Below the pieces are notes generated by a model that was not told the origin of the DNA, searched no databases, and was given only the letters and a program-made list of their open reading frames with translations. The translations under genes and the position numbers were made by a program. Positions 47,707 through 57,011 of a DNA stretch of 57,257 nt are shown here, in pieces. Origin of the DNA: a virus. Its lineage: Duplodnaviria > Caudoviricetes. The stretch is from positions 1 to 57,257 of the IMG/VR virus record IMGVR_UViG_3300028806_000013; one strand, given 5' to 3'. How positions within the stretch are numbered: the stretch's first letter is position 1; each line of letters starts with the position of its first letter.

Positions 47707-48478
47707 TTTCTTTCTCCTTTAGCTTGGTTTCAATTCGTTCAATTAATTGCAATGCGATTTCATCGGTGCAATCATGTTTTGCATAATACTGCATAAATTT
47801 AGCGCCATCTTCTTCTGGGATATTCCATAATAAACTTACGAGCTTATTATGTGCTTCTGACGTTTTTGTCTCTACCGCTTTAATCTCACCTGTTTCTTTA
47901 TCAACCTGTTCCACCACCTCTGCATCAATATAATCTTCTTTTCCTTCCATTTCTTCATAGGCTGGTTGAGAACCTGTCATTTCAGGCCAAACCATGCGTA
48001 ATAGCTGAGATTCAGTGGTTTTTGCTATCATGCCATAGGGGTCTTGTGCCCATCTATCATTAGGCATCAAACTTCCGGCACCTTTCTTTGAATAACAGCC
48101 AAGCCATCTAGTTTCATGTGAAAATTCTCTTATCTGACTACCAACAAGTTTGCTGACAGTCATTTGACAATATTCTGGATATTCTGTTTCACCTATCATT
48201 TTAGAAGGCCCATAAATAGGAATGCTTTTACCGACATAAGTGCCACTTCTACTGGCTTGAATTCTGAATAATGTAATGCTTGGCATAATGCTATAAGTTG
48301 AACCAGACTTCCCTTTAAATTCTACAATATGATAAATCTTCAGATGCGGGTCAATCTGCCACATGTTGGCATAATTAACAACCGCTTCTACAAATTGTTT
48401 AGGAATATTCCTATAGATATCAATTAATAATTCCGGGGTGACTTCATACTTTTTGATTTCGTTGCTCATCTTTTCCAT
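47693..48478 (-). CDS. bet: Bet/RecT-family single-strand annealing recombinase
   Basis: IDPHLKIYHIV, RIQASRSG.YVG, WAQDPYGMIAKTTESQLLR. Confidence 0.85.
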   Translation of the reverse strand: MEKMSNEIKKYEVTPELLIDIYRNIPKQFVEAVVNYANMWQIDPHLKIYHIVEFKGKSGSTYSIMPSITLFRIQASRSGTYVGKSIPIYGPSKMIGETEYPEYCQMTVSKLVGSQIREFSHETRWLGCYSKKGAGSLMPNDRWAQDPYGMIAKTTESQLLRMVWPEMTGSQPAYEEMEGKEDYIDAEVVEQVDKETGEIKAVETKTSEAHNKLVSLLWNIPEEDGAKFMQYYAKHDCTDEIALQLIERIETKLKEKESGKV

Positions 48479-48725
48479 CCTCTAGCTCACATTGTTGTTG
48501 TTCATGTTCTAATTGTTGCCATTCATGATTATCTTCTCTTTTATTCCATACTTCAATAGCTAGCTCAGGTTCAATTACTGTTTTCATATTAGCTGGGCAG
48601 TTAGTGCATCTTATTTTATTCAGACATTTTCTACCTTCACCTTCTTTGGTTGTTTTAAAAAAAGCTACATGTCCGCAGAATGGACATTTCTTAAGTTTAT
48701 TACTTATATCTCGATTATCATTCAT
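48444..48725 (-). CDS. Lar-family restriction alleviation protein
   Basis: LKKCPFCG...IRCTNC...AIEVWNKR. Confidence 0.8.
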   Translation of the reverse strand: MNDNRDISNKLKKCPFCGHVAFFKTTKEGEGRKCLNKIRCTNCPANMKTVIEPELAIEVWNKREDNHEWQQLEHEQQQCELEDGKDEQRNQKV

Positions 48726-48754
48726 CCTCTATTCCTTAATGTGCATTGATTTAA

Positions 48755-49321
48755 TTGGTTAAAAATAATATAATTTACTTTTACCCCACCTGTCAAATGT
48801 TTTTTTCAAGGACACCTATGAAGGACAAGGTTCATTACGAGTTTAGTTGTAATCAGAACTATATCTTAATTAAAAGTTATTTTACATTAGTGTTAGCTGA
48901 TAAATCGATAAAGATTATTGAAAGAGACCCTCTCATGATTATTTCTGCTGACGAGAAGGCGATTGAATTTCCATTATTAATTATGTCCCGTGAATTCCAA
49001 GACTTCAAATATAGACGTGGAATTTGTCATGAATGGACAGATGTCATTAAAAAAGTATTTAGTGAGCATCTAACTTACAGTGCGTTTCGCGGGACAGAGC
49101 CTTTGTTAATGGTTCCGAGTCAGATAAATGGTAAGAAGAATAAAGTTATAAAGGCATCTAAGGAGTCTTTGGAGGTACCGGTTAGTTTATTGGCGAAGTG
49201 GTTAGACGGCGGGATATTGGTGATAGCGCCTGGGATATGGGTTAAGATGATTGCGAATAATAAGAAGATGGTGATTGCCATGATAAAGGAGAAGGTTGAG
49301 GGGATTAGTATTGGGTCGTAA
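48755..49321 (+). CDS. hypothetical protein (start probably ATG 48818)
   Basis: long ORF; AAGGA before the internal ATG. Confidence 0.6.
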   Translation: MVKNNIIYFYPTCQMFFSRTPMKDKVHYEFSCNQNYILIKSYFTLVLADKSIKIIERDPLMIISADEKAIEFPLLIMSREFQDFKYRRGICHEWTDVIKKVFSEHLTYSAFRGTEPLLMVPSQINGKKNKVIKASKESLEVPVSLLAKWLDGGILVIAPGIWVKMIANNKKMVIAMIKEKVEGISIGS

Positions 49322-49915
49322 CGATTGGGGGCGAGGATGAAACGCCCCCTACCATTATCTTGGACTACAATTTAAATTAGCATTCAACAAAACTGAAGTC
49401 AAGGGAGGACTGGGTATGTGGGTGATGGTAATTTTAAGTTTATGGGTTGTGACGCATTTTTTATTTGGTGAGGTAGGAATGTTTTAGTCGACCTGATATC
49501 ATCAAGATTCTTTTTAAATTTGTGGACTACACCGCAATGAAATACTTTTTCTTTGGAATTATCTCCATAATTCTGGCTTATGCTATTAGTCAGGTTCAAC
49601 TCAATTTCTATTTTTACTTAAACACGCCCCAATTTCAGATAGAGCCATTTTATCCTGAAGGGACGCATATAGAGGTGGATGAGGAAGAGATTTGAGCTTG
49701 TCGGAAATCCCGACGAACTGCTAAATAAAAGCTATTCAACTATTAGATTATCGCTCTTGTAGGGGGTAGGTCTTGGTGCTATTCTGGTTTAATTCGTTTA
49801 GGCCATCTGCGCGAACAAGGTCAACCTCCTTCGCGCATGCAGCGACTTGCTATCCCTGCATAATGGCACAAACAAATAAAATTTTCAACCATTATTTTTT
49901 TGTGGGGGGCACCTT

Positions 49916-50530
49916 GTGACGTGCGAGATAGATAAAATTGGGATTACCGATGGAATATATCTTCTTTCTGCCATTAGATCATCGTCAAATGAAATTTTAG
50001 AATCTGCGCTTGGCAGCCCTGAGTCAGAAAGAAAAGAAAATTACTATTTGTTACAGAATCATATTAAGAAGTTGATTTCAACGAGTGATGGTAATGAAAT
50101 TATAGGGATAATGGAGGATTTGGCACTTTCTGAGTGTGAAGAATTTCTTTTATTTACCTGCAATTCTTATAAATTTGATTATAAAATAACAGCTCACATA
50201 AAGGATGAGCTCAGAAAACTTATCCCCAAGTTTTCACTCTCTAGGATATTTTCATTCATTTGGGCTGCCGTCAAAAACGCTATCTTATTTTCCTCTCTGA
50301 AAGAATGTAAAAATCAACAACATGCGATGAATACCATTATTTTAAATGTTGTTAAATATTCTCAAAACAAATCTTTCACCAAGGAATTTGAAAGACCAAC
50401 TAAGCTTCCACGAAGCTCTCTTAGCATTGTTATTTATGAAGAAATATTAGGGATTGGTGATTTTGGTTTCTTAAATAACATTTTTAGTATTCCGCTTTCA
50501 TTTTTTGATGAGTTAGGTAGATATGAGTAA
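49916..50530 (+). CDS. hypothetical protein
   Basis: 204-aa ORF coupled to the HTH gene. Confidence 0.65.
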   Translation: MTCEIDKIGITDGIYLLSAIRSSSNEILESALGSPESERKENYYLLQNHIKKLISTSDGNEIIGIMEDLALSECEEFLLFTCNSYKFDYKITAHIKDELRKLIPKFSLSRIFSFIWAAVKNAILFSSLKECKNQQHAMNTIILNVVKYSQNKSFTKEFERPTKLPRSSLSIVIYEEILGIGDFGFLNNIFSIPLSFFDELGRYE

Positions 50531-50951
50531 GAAAATGGACAAATATAGGAAGAAGCGCGGAGCTAGTGGCTTTATAAAAATTCCTCACTTTGTTTGCAAC
50601 AGTGAGGAATTTTGTAATCTTTCTGTATTTGCTCTTAAACTTCTTATCGATTTAATGTCTCAGTACAACGGGTTTAACAACGGTTCTCTTACTATTTGCT
50701 GGCAAGTTATGACAAAGAGGGGATGGAAATCCAAAGATACGCTTTACAAAGCTAAGGATGAATTGTTGCTAGGTAGATGGATTGCGATAACAAGAGTAGG
50801 GAATCGAAAGAAGACGTCCCTTTATGCTTTGACGACTTACTCCGTCAACGAGGATTTAAAAAAGGTTTATGACTTTGGAGTTTCGTCTACCGATGCACCC
50901 GCTCATAGTTGGCACAATGGCCTACGTGGTGGCTCGGCAAACTTTGAGTAG
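50523..50951 (+). CDS. winged-HTH protein, candidate replication initiator
   Basis: FIKIPH..NSEEF..LS..ALKLLIDL..QYNGFNNGSL...SKDTLYKAKDELL...SLYALT. Confidence 0.6.
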   Translation: MSKKMDKYRKKRGASGFIKIPHFVCNSEEFCNLSVFALKLLIDLMSQYNGFNNGSLTICWQVMTKRGWKSKDTLYKAKDELLLGRWIAITRVGNRKKTSLYALTTYSVNEDLKKVYDFGVSSTDAPAHSWHNGLRGGSANFE

Positions 50952-50969
50952 ATACTGGTATATATATAC

Positions 50970-51093
50970 GGTACGCCAGGCGGGGCAAATAAATGACGAA
51001 AAGTGGCTATTTGGCCCGCCAGGCGGGCCAAATAAAAACCATTTAGCCCGCCTGGCGGGCTAAATAATATGGATTTAGCCCGCCAGGCGTACC
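50970..51093. repeat. four phased CGCCWGGCG palindromes (candidate origin iterons)
   Basis: cores start at 50974, 51017, 51049 and 51081; the two inner copies extend to 25-27-bp palindromes; the outer copies are inverted repeats of each other. Confidence 0.85.
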
Positions 51094-51524
51094 AATGAAT
51101 TTTCAAATTTATATTCCCAGTCTTTTTTATACAGTGGTTTTAGAGGATAAAACGGTAGAACAGATAACTAATTTGTCATCGAGCGGACAGGCTTAGAATC
51201 CATCCAATTCTGGACAGGGGGCGTTTATTGATTTCAAACCGATAAATTGTACTGGCAGGATTTAAAATGGCTAGAATCGAATTATACGAGGTTTTAGAGA
51301 TATCCCCATTTGTCAAAATCTTAAGGGGGAAAACTCATGCCATACTGTTCATAAAACTAGCAGTATTATTGCTATCAAATCGAATCAATAATGCTTCTGT
51401 TATTTTATCCAGCATGGCATCACTTTCTCCCATTCAGATTTTTCATCACCCAGAAAATGATTATTTTTATAAAAAACCCTATAAAAATAGACCAATCTTT
51501 TTTTAAAACTAGGTAAAATGAACC

Positions 51525-51791
51525 ATGACCAAAAAATCATCCCAAGAACAATTAGCCGACTGGATAGCCTCTATGGAGCATCGCCCCGTCTCCAAGACTG
51601 TCCTGGAAAGAAAGCTGAAAGAGAGTAATCTAACAGAATCAGAGGTACTCAAAGGAATGGACGAGACAGAGAAAAAAGATTTACTCAGTGACCAAATATT
51701 ATTTGACAAATGGATTGAGTGCATTTACAATCATAGACAGAAATCAGCCATGGAGAAATTCCTAAATGCCCGACTCGATTCCGATGGATGA
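51525..51791 (+). CDS. hypothetical protein
   Basis: 88-aa ORF. Confidence 0.55.
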   Translation: MTKKSSQEQLADWIASMEHRPVSKTVLERKLKESNLTESEVLKGMDETEKKDLLSDQILFDKWIECIYNHRQKSAMEKFLNARLDSDG

Positions 51792-51930
51792 ATTATGTTT
51801 ATGGGTAGTAGGTGGTATTATATTAGCGTTTGCATTAGCGTCATTGCTGGATAAATTAAAGGGGTTATGAGTTTGCTGCTTCCTTTCCTAACGTTTCATC
51901 GAGGAAGCAGCGATTCACCAAGGATGTGTT

Positions 51931-52353
51931 ATGACTGAATCCCATATACAGAAATCATTTGTCACGGAGCTTAGTCTGTATCCGGCAGTTCGTCAATATT
52001 TGTTCGCCATTCCTAATGGAGGAAGTCGACATAAGTTAGAAGCAATCAGTCTAAAAGCTCAAGGTGTTACCCCTGGAATACCCGATTTATTCCTCTCTAT
52101 TCCGACCAAGAAGCATCATGGTCTGTACCTAGAATGCAAATCAGATAAGGGTAAGTTAACCGAGCATCAGACTAAGAAGATATTTATATTTAAAGAAATC
52201 GGTTATGAATGTATTTTATTTAGGACATCGAAAGAAGGAATAGAAGTGGTAAAGGAATATTTAGGCTTAACCAACTTAAGGAATTTTAAAGACGATACAG
52301 AGTTAGAGCTTGTTAAAGATGGTATTGAATACGCGCTTGGGAGAGCATCGTGA
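51931..52353 (+). CDS. VRR-NUC domain nuclease
   Basis: ESHIQ, FAIPNGG, GVTPGIPDL, LYLECK, GKLTEHQ. Confidence 0.9.
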   Translation: MTESHIQKSFVTELSLYPAVRQYLFAIPNGGSRHKLEAISLKAQGVTPGIPDLFLSIPTKKHHGLYLECKSDKGKLTEHQTKKIFIFKEIGYECILFRTSKEGIEVVKEYLGLTNLRNFKDDTELELVKDGIEYALGRAS

Positions 52354-52435
52354 CACATATACACATCTTTCTTTGTTGTGGTGTCATTGAAGTAATTATT
52401 CTGATTGCCTATCTCAGAGGATGGAGGTTAGTTAA

Positions 52436-52990
52436 GTGATATCGAATACACAATTCCGTCAATGTATTATTCAGCCAGTCTTGAGTGACTTGTCTGCCTA
52501 TGGGATTGGGGCTGCTAGGAATGCTGAAGAGATATTAGTGGCTACGATGGCGCATGAAACGCTTGGTTGTAAGTATATTATCCAACAAGGAAATTCTGGC
52601 ATATTTTGGAAAGGAGGATTAGGGCCATTTCAAATGGAAGCAGCCACGCATGACAATGTAGTGTCTCGATATTTTCCAGAAGATAACGTTGATGGGAAAG
52701 TAGGGAATACCCCTATTGTTAAAGGACATTTGCCAATTAAAAAAAGTAAAGTGACATCGATTTTTAATTTCAATAATTATCCAGAAGGCATTGAAATGGT
52801 GTATAATTTTCGTTATGCAACTCTAATGGCTCGTCTTAATTACTGGTTAAAACCAGGCTCACTCCCTCAGTATGATGATATAAATGGTATTTGGTCTTAC
52901 TACAAATCGTTTTGGAATACAGAGAAGGGTAGTGCAACAAAGGATGATTTCTTGAAAAATTATTACGAGTTCATAGGGAAGCGCTCTTAA
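52436..52990 (+). CDS. putative endolysin (lysozyme-like fold)
   Basis: ATMAHET, GPFQMEAATH, YATLMARL.Y, YYKSFWNTEKG motifs of phage transglycosylase-like lysins. Confidence 0.65.
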   Translation: MISNTQFRQCIIQPVLSDLSAYGIGAARNAEEILVATMAHETLGCKYIIQQGNSGIFWKGGLGPFQMEAATHDNVVSRYFPEDNVDGKVGNTPIVKGHLPIKKSKVTSIFNFNNYPEGIEMVYNFRYATLMARLNYWLKPGSLPQYDDINGIWSYYKSFWNTEKGSATKDDFLKNYYEFIGKRS

Positions 52991-53235
52991 TGGTAATCGA
53001 GGGAAATCAAATGAAATTAAATGAACTTCTAGTCATGGCTAAAAATATATTCTTATTTATCTGTTTTGTTATTCTTATGCTATCTATGTTTCATATTATT
53101 GATTACACAAGCCCATTTGCAAAGATGGCTGAAGAAATGGTTGAAAAACAAACTGGCGTTGAAATTATTTTTCCACAAGAACAGTTAGTGAGAGACGCTC
53201 TTAAACAAAAAGAGCTGAAGGATTGTTTAAAATAA
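52990..53235 (+). CDS. small membrane protein (possible holin or spanin)
   Basis: single TM segment directly after the lysin. Confidence 0.5.
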   Translation: MVIEGNQMKLNELLVMAKNIFLFICFVILMLSMFHIIDYTSPFAKMAEEMVEKQTGVEIIFPQEQLVRDALKQKELKDCLK

Positions 53236-53247
53236 GGAGCATTTGAA

Positions 53248-53472
53248 ATGAGATATAAGGTATGGGAAGGTGAAGATTTTGAAGTGATGACTTTAAGATT
53301 AATTGAGGACGATGGAAGCGTTGATTTATGTAGAGTCGACCAATTCGGTACTTCTCTAGAGATATTATTAAGCATTGTTAATAGAGAAATAGTTGTCTAT
53401 AAAGATGAAGAAAATGATTGTGGCTCTCTTAGAGTGAATGCTGATGGTTATCCGGTGGTTTGTCGCTCATGA
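53248..53472 (+). CDS. hypothetical protein
   Basis: AAGGAG RBS. Confidence 0.65.
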   Translation: MRYKVWEGEDFEVMTLRLIEDDGSVDLCRVDQFGTSLEILLSIVNREIVVYKDEENDCGSLRVNADGYPVVCRS

Positions 53473-53837
53473 CCGATAACGTAATCTCATTCCCTAAGCA
53501 GAAGTCCTGGGAGGAAAAGTATTTAGATGAACGTCATGATTTCTTAACGCAACATCTTAAGAATATTACCAAAGGGTTACATGTTTGTGAGATATGTAAA
53601 AATCATAATTGGAATGTACATTCTAAAGACTTTCCAACTATTCTAGCAGGTAGTGTATTAGGACAGATTAGTTTTGCCCAGCGATATCTTCTGATTAGCT
53701 GTAGCTTTTGTTGTAACGTAAAACATATATTTGTCAATGAAGAGTTTTCAAATAGATTATTAAAATTTGATATAGATTTTAGAGAGAAGAATATTCACCC
53801 TTCTCAAAGGAGCAGTAACGATGACATACCAGGATAA
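53460..53837 (+). CDS. Zn-ribbon hypothetical protein
   Basis: CEIC...CSFC. Confidence 0.6.
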   Translation: MSLMTDNVISFPKQKSWEEKYLDERHDFLTQHLKNITKGLHVCEICKNHNWNVHSKDFPTILAGSVLGQISFAQRYLLISCSFCCNVKHIFVNEEFSNRLLKFDIDFREKNIHPSQRSSNDDIPG

Positions 53838-54246
53838 TATTATCTTCCAATTAGATTTATTACATAGAAAGCTGATGTTAAAGGCTAATGCTATTATTAG
53901 AGAAGAAGTAGGACTTAAGTCCGGCAGCTTCTTTATGCTAGCACATCTCTGTAATACGCCATTAGATAATCATACGATGATAGGCGCTGAGCTTTTCTAT
54001 GAGCGTTCAACTATCAGCAGAGCCATGCAGGTTATGAGCGAGAAGAAATACGTAGAGATGGTTAAGACGAATGACCAAAGATGTAATGTTTATCAGGTAA
54101 CAGGGCTAGGAAGACAATTGGTACAGAAGTATATGCCAAAGATAAAGAAACTCAGCGAACAGCTACTAACACCTGATGGAAATCGAGATGCAACTCTCTT
54201 GCATGCCTATGTGGCTATCAAGGACTACAATGAACGACCAATTTGA
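53821..54246 (+). CDS. MarR-family winged-HTH regulator
   Basis: ERSTISRAMQVMSEKKYV...DQR...VTGLGRQL. Confidence 0.85.
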   Translation: MTYQDNIIFQLDLLHRKLMLKANAIIREEVGLKSGSFFMLAHLCNTPLDNHTMIGAELFYERSTISRAMQVMSEKKYVEMVKTNDQRCNVYQVTGLGRQLVQKYMPKIKKLSEQLLTPDGNRDATLLHAYVAIKDYNERPI

Positions 54247-54451
54247 GGAAGTCCTAAGATTATTCCTCAGGAATATATTATTGATTGAAAGTATAGCTTC
54301 TATCATAATAGCTATCATCTGTTTGAATCATCACATTATGGATTGCCCTAATCTGGATGAATGGTCATGGTATCGGGTAGGGTCATATCTTTTATTGATG
54401 TATTCCTATAGTGCATTCTGTAAATGGCGAAAAAGAAAAAAATATTATTAA
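54176..54451 (+). CDS. small membrane protein (start probably ATG 54230)
   Basis: two hydrophobic segments; AAGGA RBS. Confidence 0.5.
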   Translation: MEIEMQLSCMPMWLSRTTMNDQFEEVLRLFLRNILLIESIASIIIAIICLNHHIMDCPNLDEWSWYRVGSYLLLMYSYSAFCKWRKRKKYY

Positions 54452-54458
54452 AAAACAT

Positions 54459-54487
54459 TTGACAAGATGAAATATTAGATGTATAGT
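54459..54487 (+). promoter_or_regulatory. sigma70-type promoter driving the operon containing the ProQ/FinO gene
   Basis: TTGACA-N17-TATAGT. Confidence 0.7.
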
Positions 54488-54515
54488 CACAGTATGTACT
54501 GTAGGAGTATTTAGG

Positions 54516-54875
54516 ATGAAGAAGAAATTAGGAAGTCAAATGACCGCGTCGCCAATGCGAGATAGGATAAAACAACTTTATCCAAGGGTAGACGTAGAGT
54601 TGATATTTCATGTTTATAGAAAGAATGATTGCTGTATTTCTGTGAGATGGAATGAATTGGATAGAAAGGCTATATTAAATGAGCTTATTAATGCGATTAA
54701 TAGAATGCCTAATGGGGGTTATTGTATTGATTATGAAGAATTTGTTCATTATATAGAAGAGAGTGACCCACATAGAAAACCTAAAGATATGGTTTTGATT
54801 CTTAGACCATTAACAGATGCAGAAATGGGATTAGCAGCATGGGAATTATCAGGAGTTAAAGATGGAAATAGTTAA
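54516..54875 (+). CDS. hypothetical protein
   Basis: AGGAG RBS after the promoter. Confidence 0.65.
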   Translation: MKKKLGSQMTASPMRDRIKQLYPRVDVELIFHVYRKNDCCISVRWNELDRKAILNELINAINRMPNGGYCIDYEEFVHYIEESDPHRKPKDMVLILRPLTDAEMGLAAWELSGVKDGNS

Positions 54876-55134
54876 ACGAGAAGATAGAGAGAAGATACTG
54901 GTTACGAAAGAATTGTGTCATTCTTTAACTGTTTTTAAAGTGACCGAAGAAGAATCAGTTGTAATAAGCAGAACGGATGATGCGCGAGTAGTTCTATTGT
55001 CTATTCAAGACGCTGAAGAGGGTGAAATGAATATTGCTTTAACGTCAGAAGAATTAAGAGCTATCGCTAATCATATGTTTAAATTAGCGTTTGAGATAGA
55101 AGGACTTGATTTAGAAGCGGTAAACGCATTTTAA
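54862..55134 (+). CDS. hypothetical protein
   Basis: AGGAG RBS; coupled ORF. Confidence 0.65.
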   Translation: MEIVKREDREKILVTKELCHSLTVFKVTEEESVVISRTDDARVVLLSIQDAEEGEMNIALTSEELRAIANHMFKLAFEIEGLDLEAVNAF

Positions 55135-55401
55135 AAGGAGGTTAACATGTTTAGAGGGATTTTAGAGCATAATCGAAATGTGACAAATGAGTTATTGTTT
55201 TCGATAGAGCGATATATCGACCAGAACAAAGAGATGATTCGGGATATCAATAGGACGTTAAAGTTCTTAGAGAAGCCAATTTATAAAGAGGAGCGGAAGC
55301 GATGACTTATATCTTGGGAATTTTTTTAATAATGGCTCTAGTTTTGTTGACGGGATTTTGTATTATTGGCGCTGCGGATTCTAAGAATGGGGTGAAATGA
55401 A

Positions 55402-55767
55402 ATGAGTATTGAAAACACGATTGGATTACAGGTTTATATAATTGATTTAATGTCGAATGTAAATGGCTTACTAGCGCTTGTTTGTGTAGTTCTTTTTATC
55501 CCTACTATTTTTTTATTTATAACCATCTTGAAAGGAGAAGATAATTTTACATGTAGTGATAACCAAATAGGTAGGTCACTGCTTAGAAAATGCGCTTATG
55601 CTTTTGTCTTTTGTCTTATAGTCGGTATTTTTATCCCTTCCAAATCAACGATGTATTTCATGATGGCTGATGGGATTATTAAAGAAGTGAGAGAGCGAAA
55701 GATACCAGAGAAGGCGTTACAAGTTTTAGATGAGAAGTTAAACGAATATTTAAGGAGCAAGGAATGA
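55402..55767 (+). CDS. hypothetical membrane protein
   Basis: two TM segments; FIPSKSTMY motif. Confidence 0.7.
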   Translation: MSIENTIGLQVYIIDLMSNVNGLLALVCVVLFIPTIFLFITILKGEDNFTCSDNQIGRSLLRKCAYAFVFCLIVGIFIPSKSTMYFMMADGIIKEVRERKIPEKALQVLDEKLNEYLRSKE

Positions 55768-56342
55768 TTAAGAAAGTACACACGACCCTACTAATGACCA
55801 CTAACCATTTTGAAAGTGGTCTTATTTATTTAGAGGGCTTAAGAAAGAAATATCCACTATGTTTCTTTACTCCAGGCTATGAGAAGCCATTGAAGAAGGA
55901 TATCTTCCAAGAGCTATTAGCATTATCTAAGTTAGCTGATGAAGAATTATCTATTAGCTTGATACGGTCAGCACTTAGAATCTATACGAGTTCATTATCT
56001 TATAGAGCTGGTATGATTAAAGAGTATTCTCATCGAATCGGATTAGATGGGGAGATTGTATGCCCCGTAACTGCCGAAGAGAGAACGCATGCCAAGTATC
56101 GACCGCTAGAGCTACATTGGAAGTTAAGCGACTCTGATAAGCCTCTGGTGTCCGAATTGAAGGCTAGAGATAAGGAATATAGGCAGAAGAAGTACTTAGC
56201 ATGGAAGAAGAAGTTAGCGGGGGGGTGTGAGGTGAAGTACAGAGAAATGTCTGTTCCTGTTAAATTGGTGAAACGAGTCGAGTTAATGATTCAAAGATTT
56301 GAAGAATCCGGCACGATCCCGAATCCTTGGAACATCGTGTAA
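55764..56342 (+). CDS. ProQ/FinO-domain RNA chaperone
   Basis: KYPLCF...KPLKKDIFQEL...IRSALRIYTSSLSY...RIGLDGE...VTAEE matches the ProQ/FinO pattern (FPxCF, PLKIGIFQDL, RSALRLYTSS, RxDLDG). Confidence 0.85.
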   Translation: MIKKVHTTLLMTTNHFESGLIYLEGLRKKYPLCFFTPGYEKPLKKDIFQELLALSKLADEELSISLIRSALRIYTSSLSYRAGMIKEYSHRIGLDGEIVCPVTAEERTHAKYRPLELHWKLSDSDKPLVSELKARDKEYRQKKYLAWKKKLAGGCEVKYREMSVPVKLVKRVELMIQRFEESGTIPNPWNIV

Positions 56343-56423
56343 CAGGGGGAAATAAGGGGAAAGTGTTTTTTTTAATCTTAAAAATTAAAAAACTTCATAT
56401 AAATCAAAAGCCGGGAAACGGGG

Positions 56424-56452
56424 GGGAGCCCCGCATAAGAAACGGGGCTCCC
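56424..56452 (+). other. GC-rich hairpin downstream of the ProQ/FinO gene
   Basis: GGGAGCCCCG/CGGGGCTCCC 10-bp stem with 9-nt loop. Confidence 0.7.
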
Positions 56453-56476
56453 GGATTATTATTAATTTAAAAAAAT

Positions 56477-56617
56477 ATGGAATGCATAATCTCAAAACAA
56501 CTGAGTACCACAAACCCTCAAAGGGCTGGTGGAATTGCAAGAGCAGAGAAACTATCACCTTTCAAAAGAAGGCAAATAGCTAAGAAAGCGGCAAATGCGC
56601 GATGGGGTAATGAATGA
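56477..56617 (+). CDS. 46-aa basic protein with GGxARAxKLS...IAKKAAxARW motif
   Basis: manual translation MECIISKQLSTTNPQRAGGIARAEKLSPFKRRQIAKKAANARWGNE; ATGA-coupled to the next gene. Confidence 0.7.
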   Translation: MECIISKQLSTTNPQRAGGIARAEKLSPFKRRQIAKKAANARWGNE

Positions 56618-56841
56618 ATAAAGTCCTATGTGACCAATGTGAGAATGATTTAAGTACGACTGGCAATTCGGTAGATTGGTCTCTTACTTTAAGAAATAGA
56701 CAGATACCAACGTGGGATGCTTTTAAAAAAGGTGGTGCTGTCACAGATATGATGATATCTCCTGAGCTTAAGAAGGATTTAAACTTTTGTGGGTTAGCGT
56801 GCTTAAATAAGTGGATGAATAGGGATAAAACACAATCTTGA
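56614..56841 (+). CDS. Cys-containing hypothetical protein
   Basis: CDQC...FCGLACL. Confidence 0.65.
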   Translation: MNKVLCDQCENDLSTTGNSVDWSLTLRNRQIPTWDAFKKGGAVTDMMISPELKKDLNFCGLACLNKWMNRDKTQS

Positions 56842-56898
56842 TAATTCCTGTATACTATAAGCTCAGTTCTTCATACTGAAAATCCTTATAGTCCGGAA

Positions 56899-56931
56899 CC
56901 CCCTTGTTTTCGTTTACAAGGGGGATTAACT
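56899..56931 (+). ncRNA. outlying tenth hairpin + tail unit
   Basis: CCCCCTTGT/ACAAGGGGG stem followed by ATTAACT, identical to the tail of array unit 9. Confidence 0.5.
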
Positions 56932-57011
56932 TTGATATGCTTCATGATGAAACAAGTCATGAACGCAGCTACTCTGATACTTTTATCAGAATCCAACATC
57001 CTTGCTGGGTA

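Noticed and set aside
51875-51911. Hairpin GCTGCTTCCT/AGGAAGCAGC as another array unit
   Set aside because: It is followed by GATTCAC, not an AWWAVCT-like tail; left as an unassigned hairpin.
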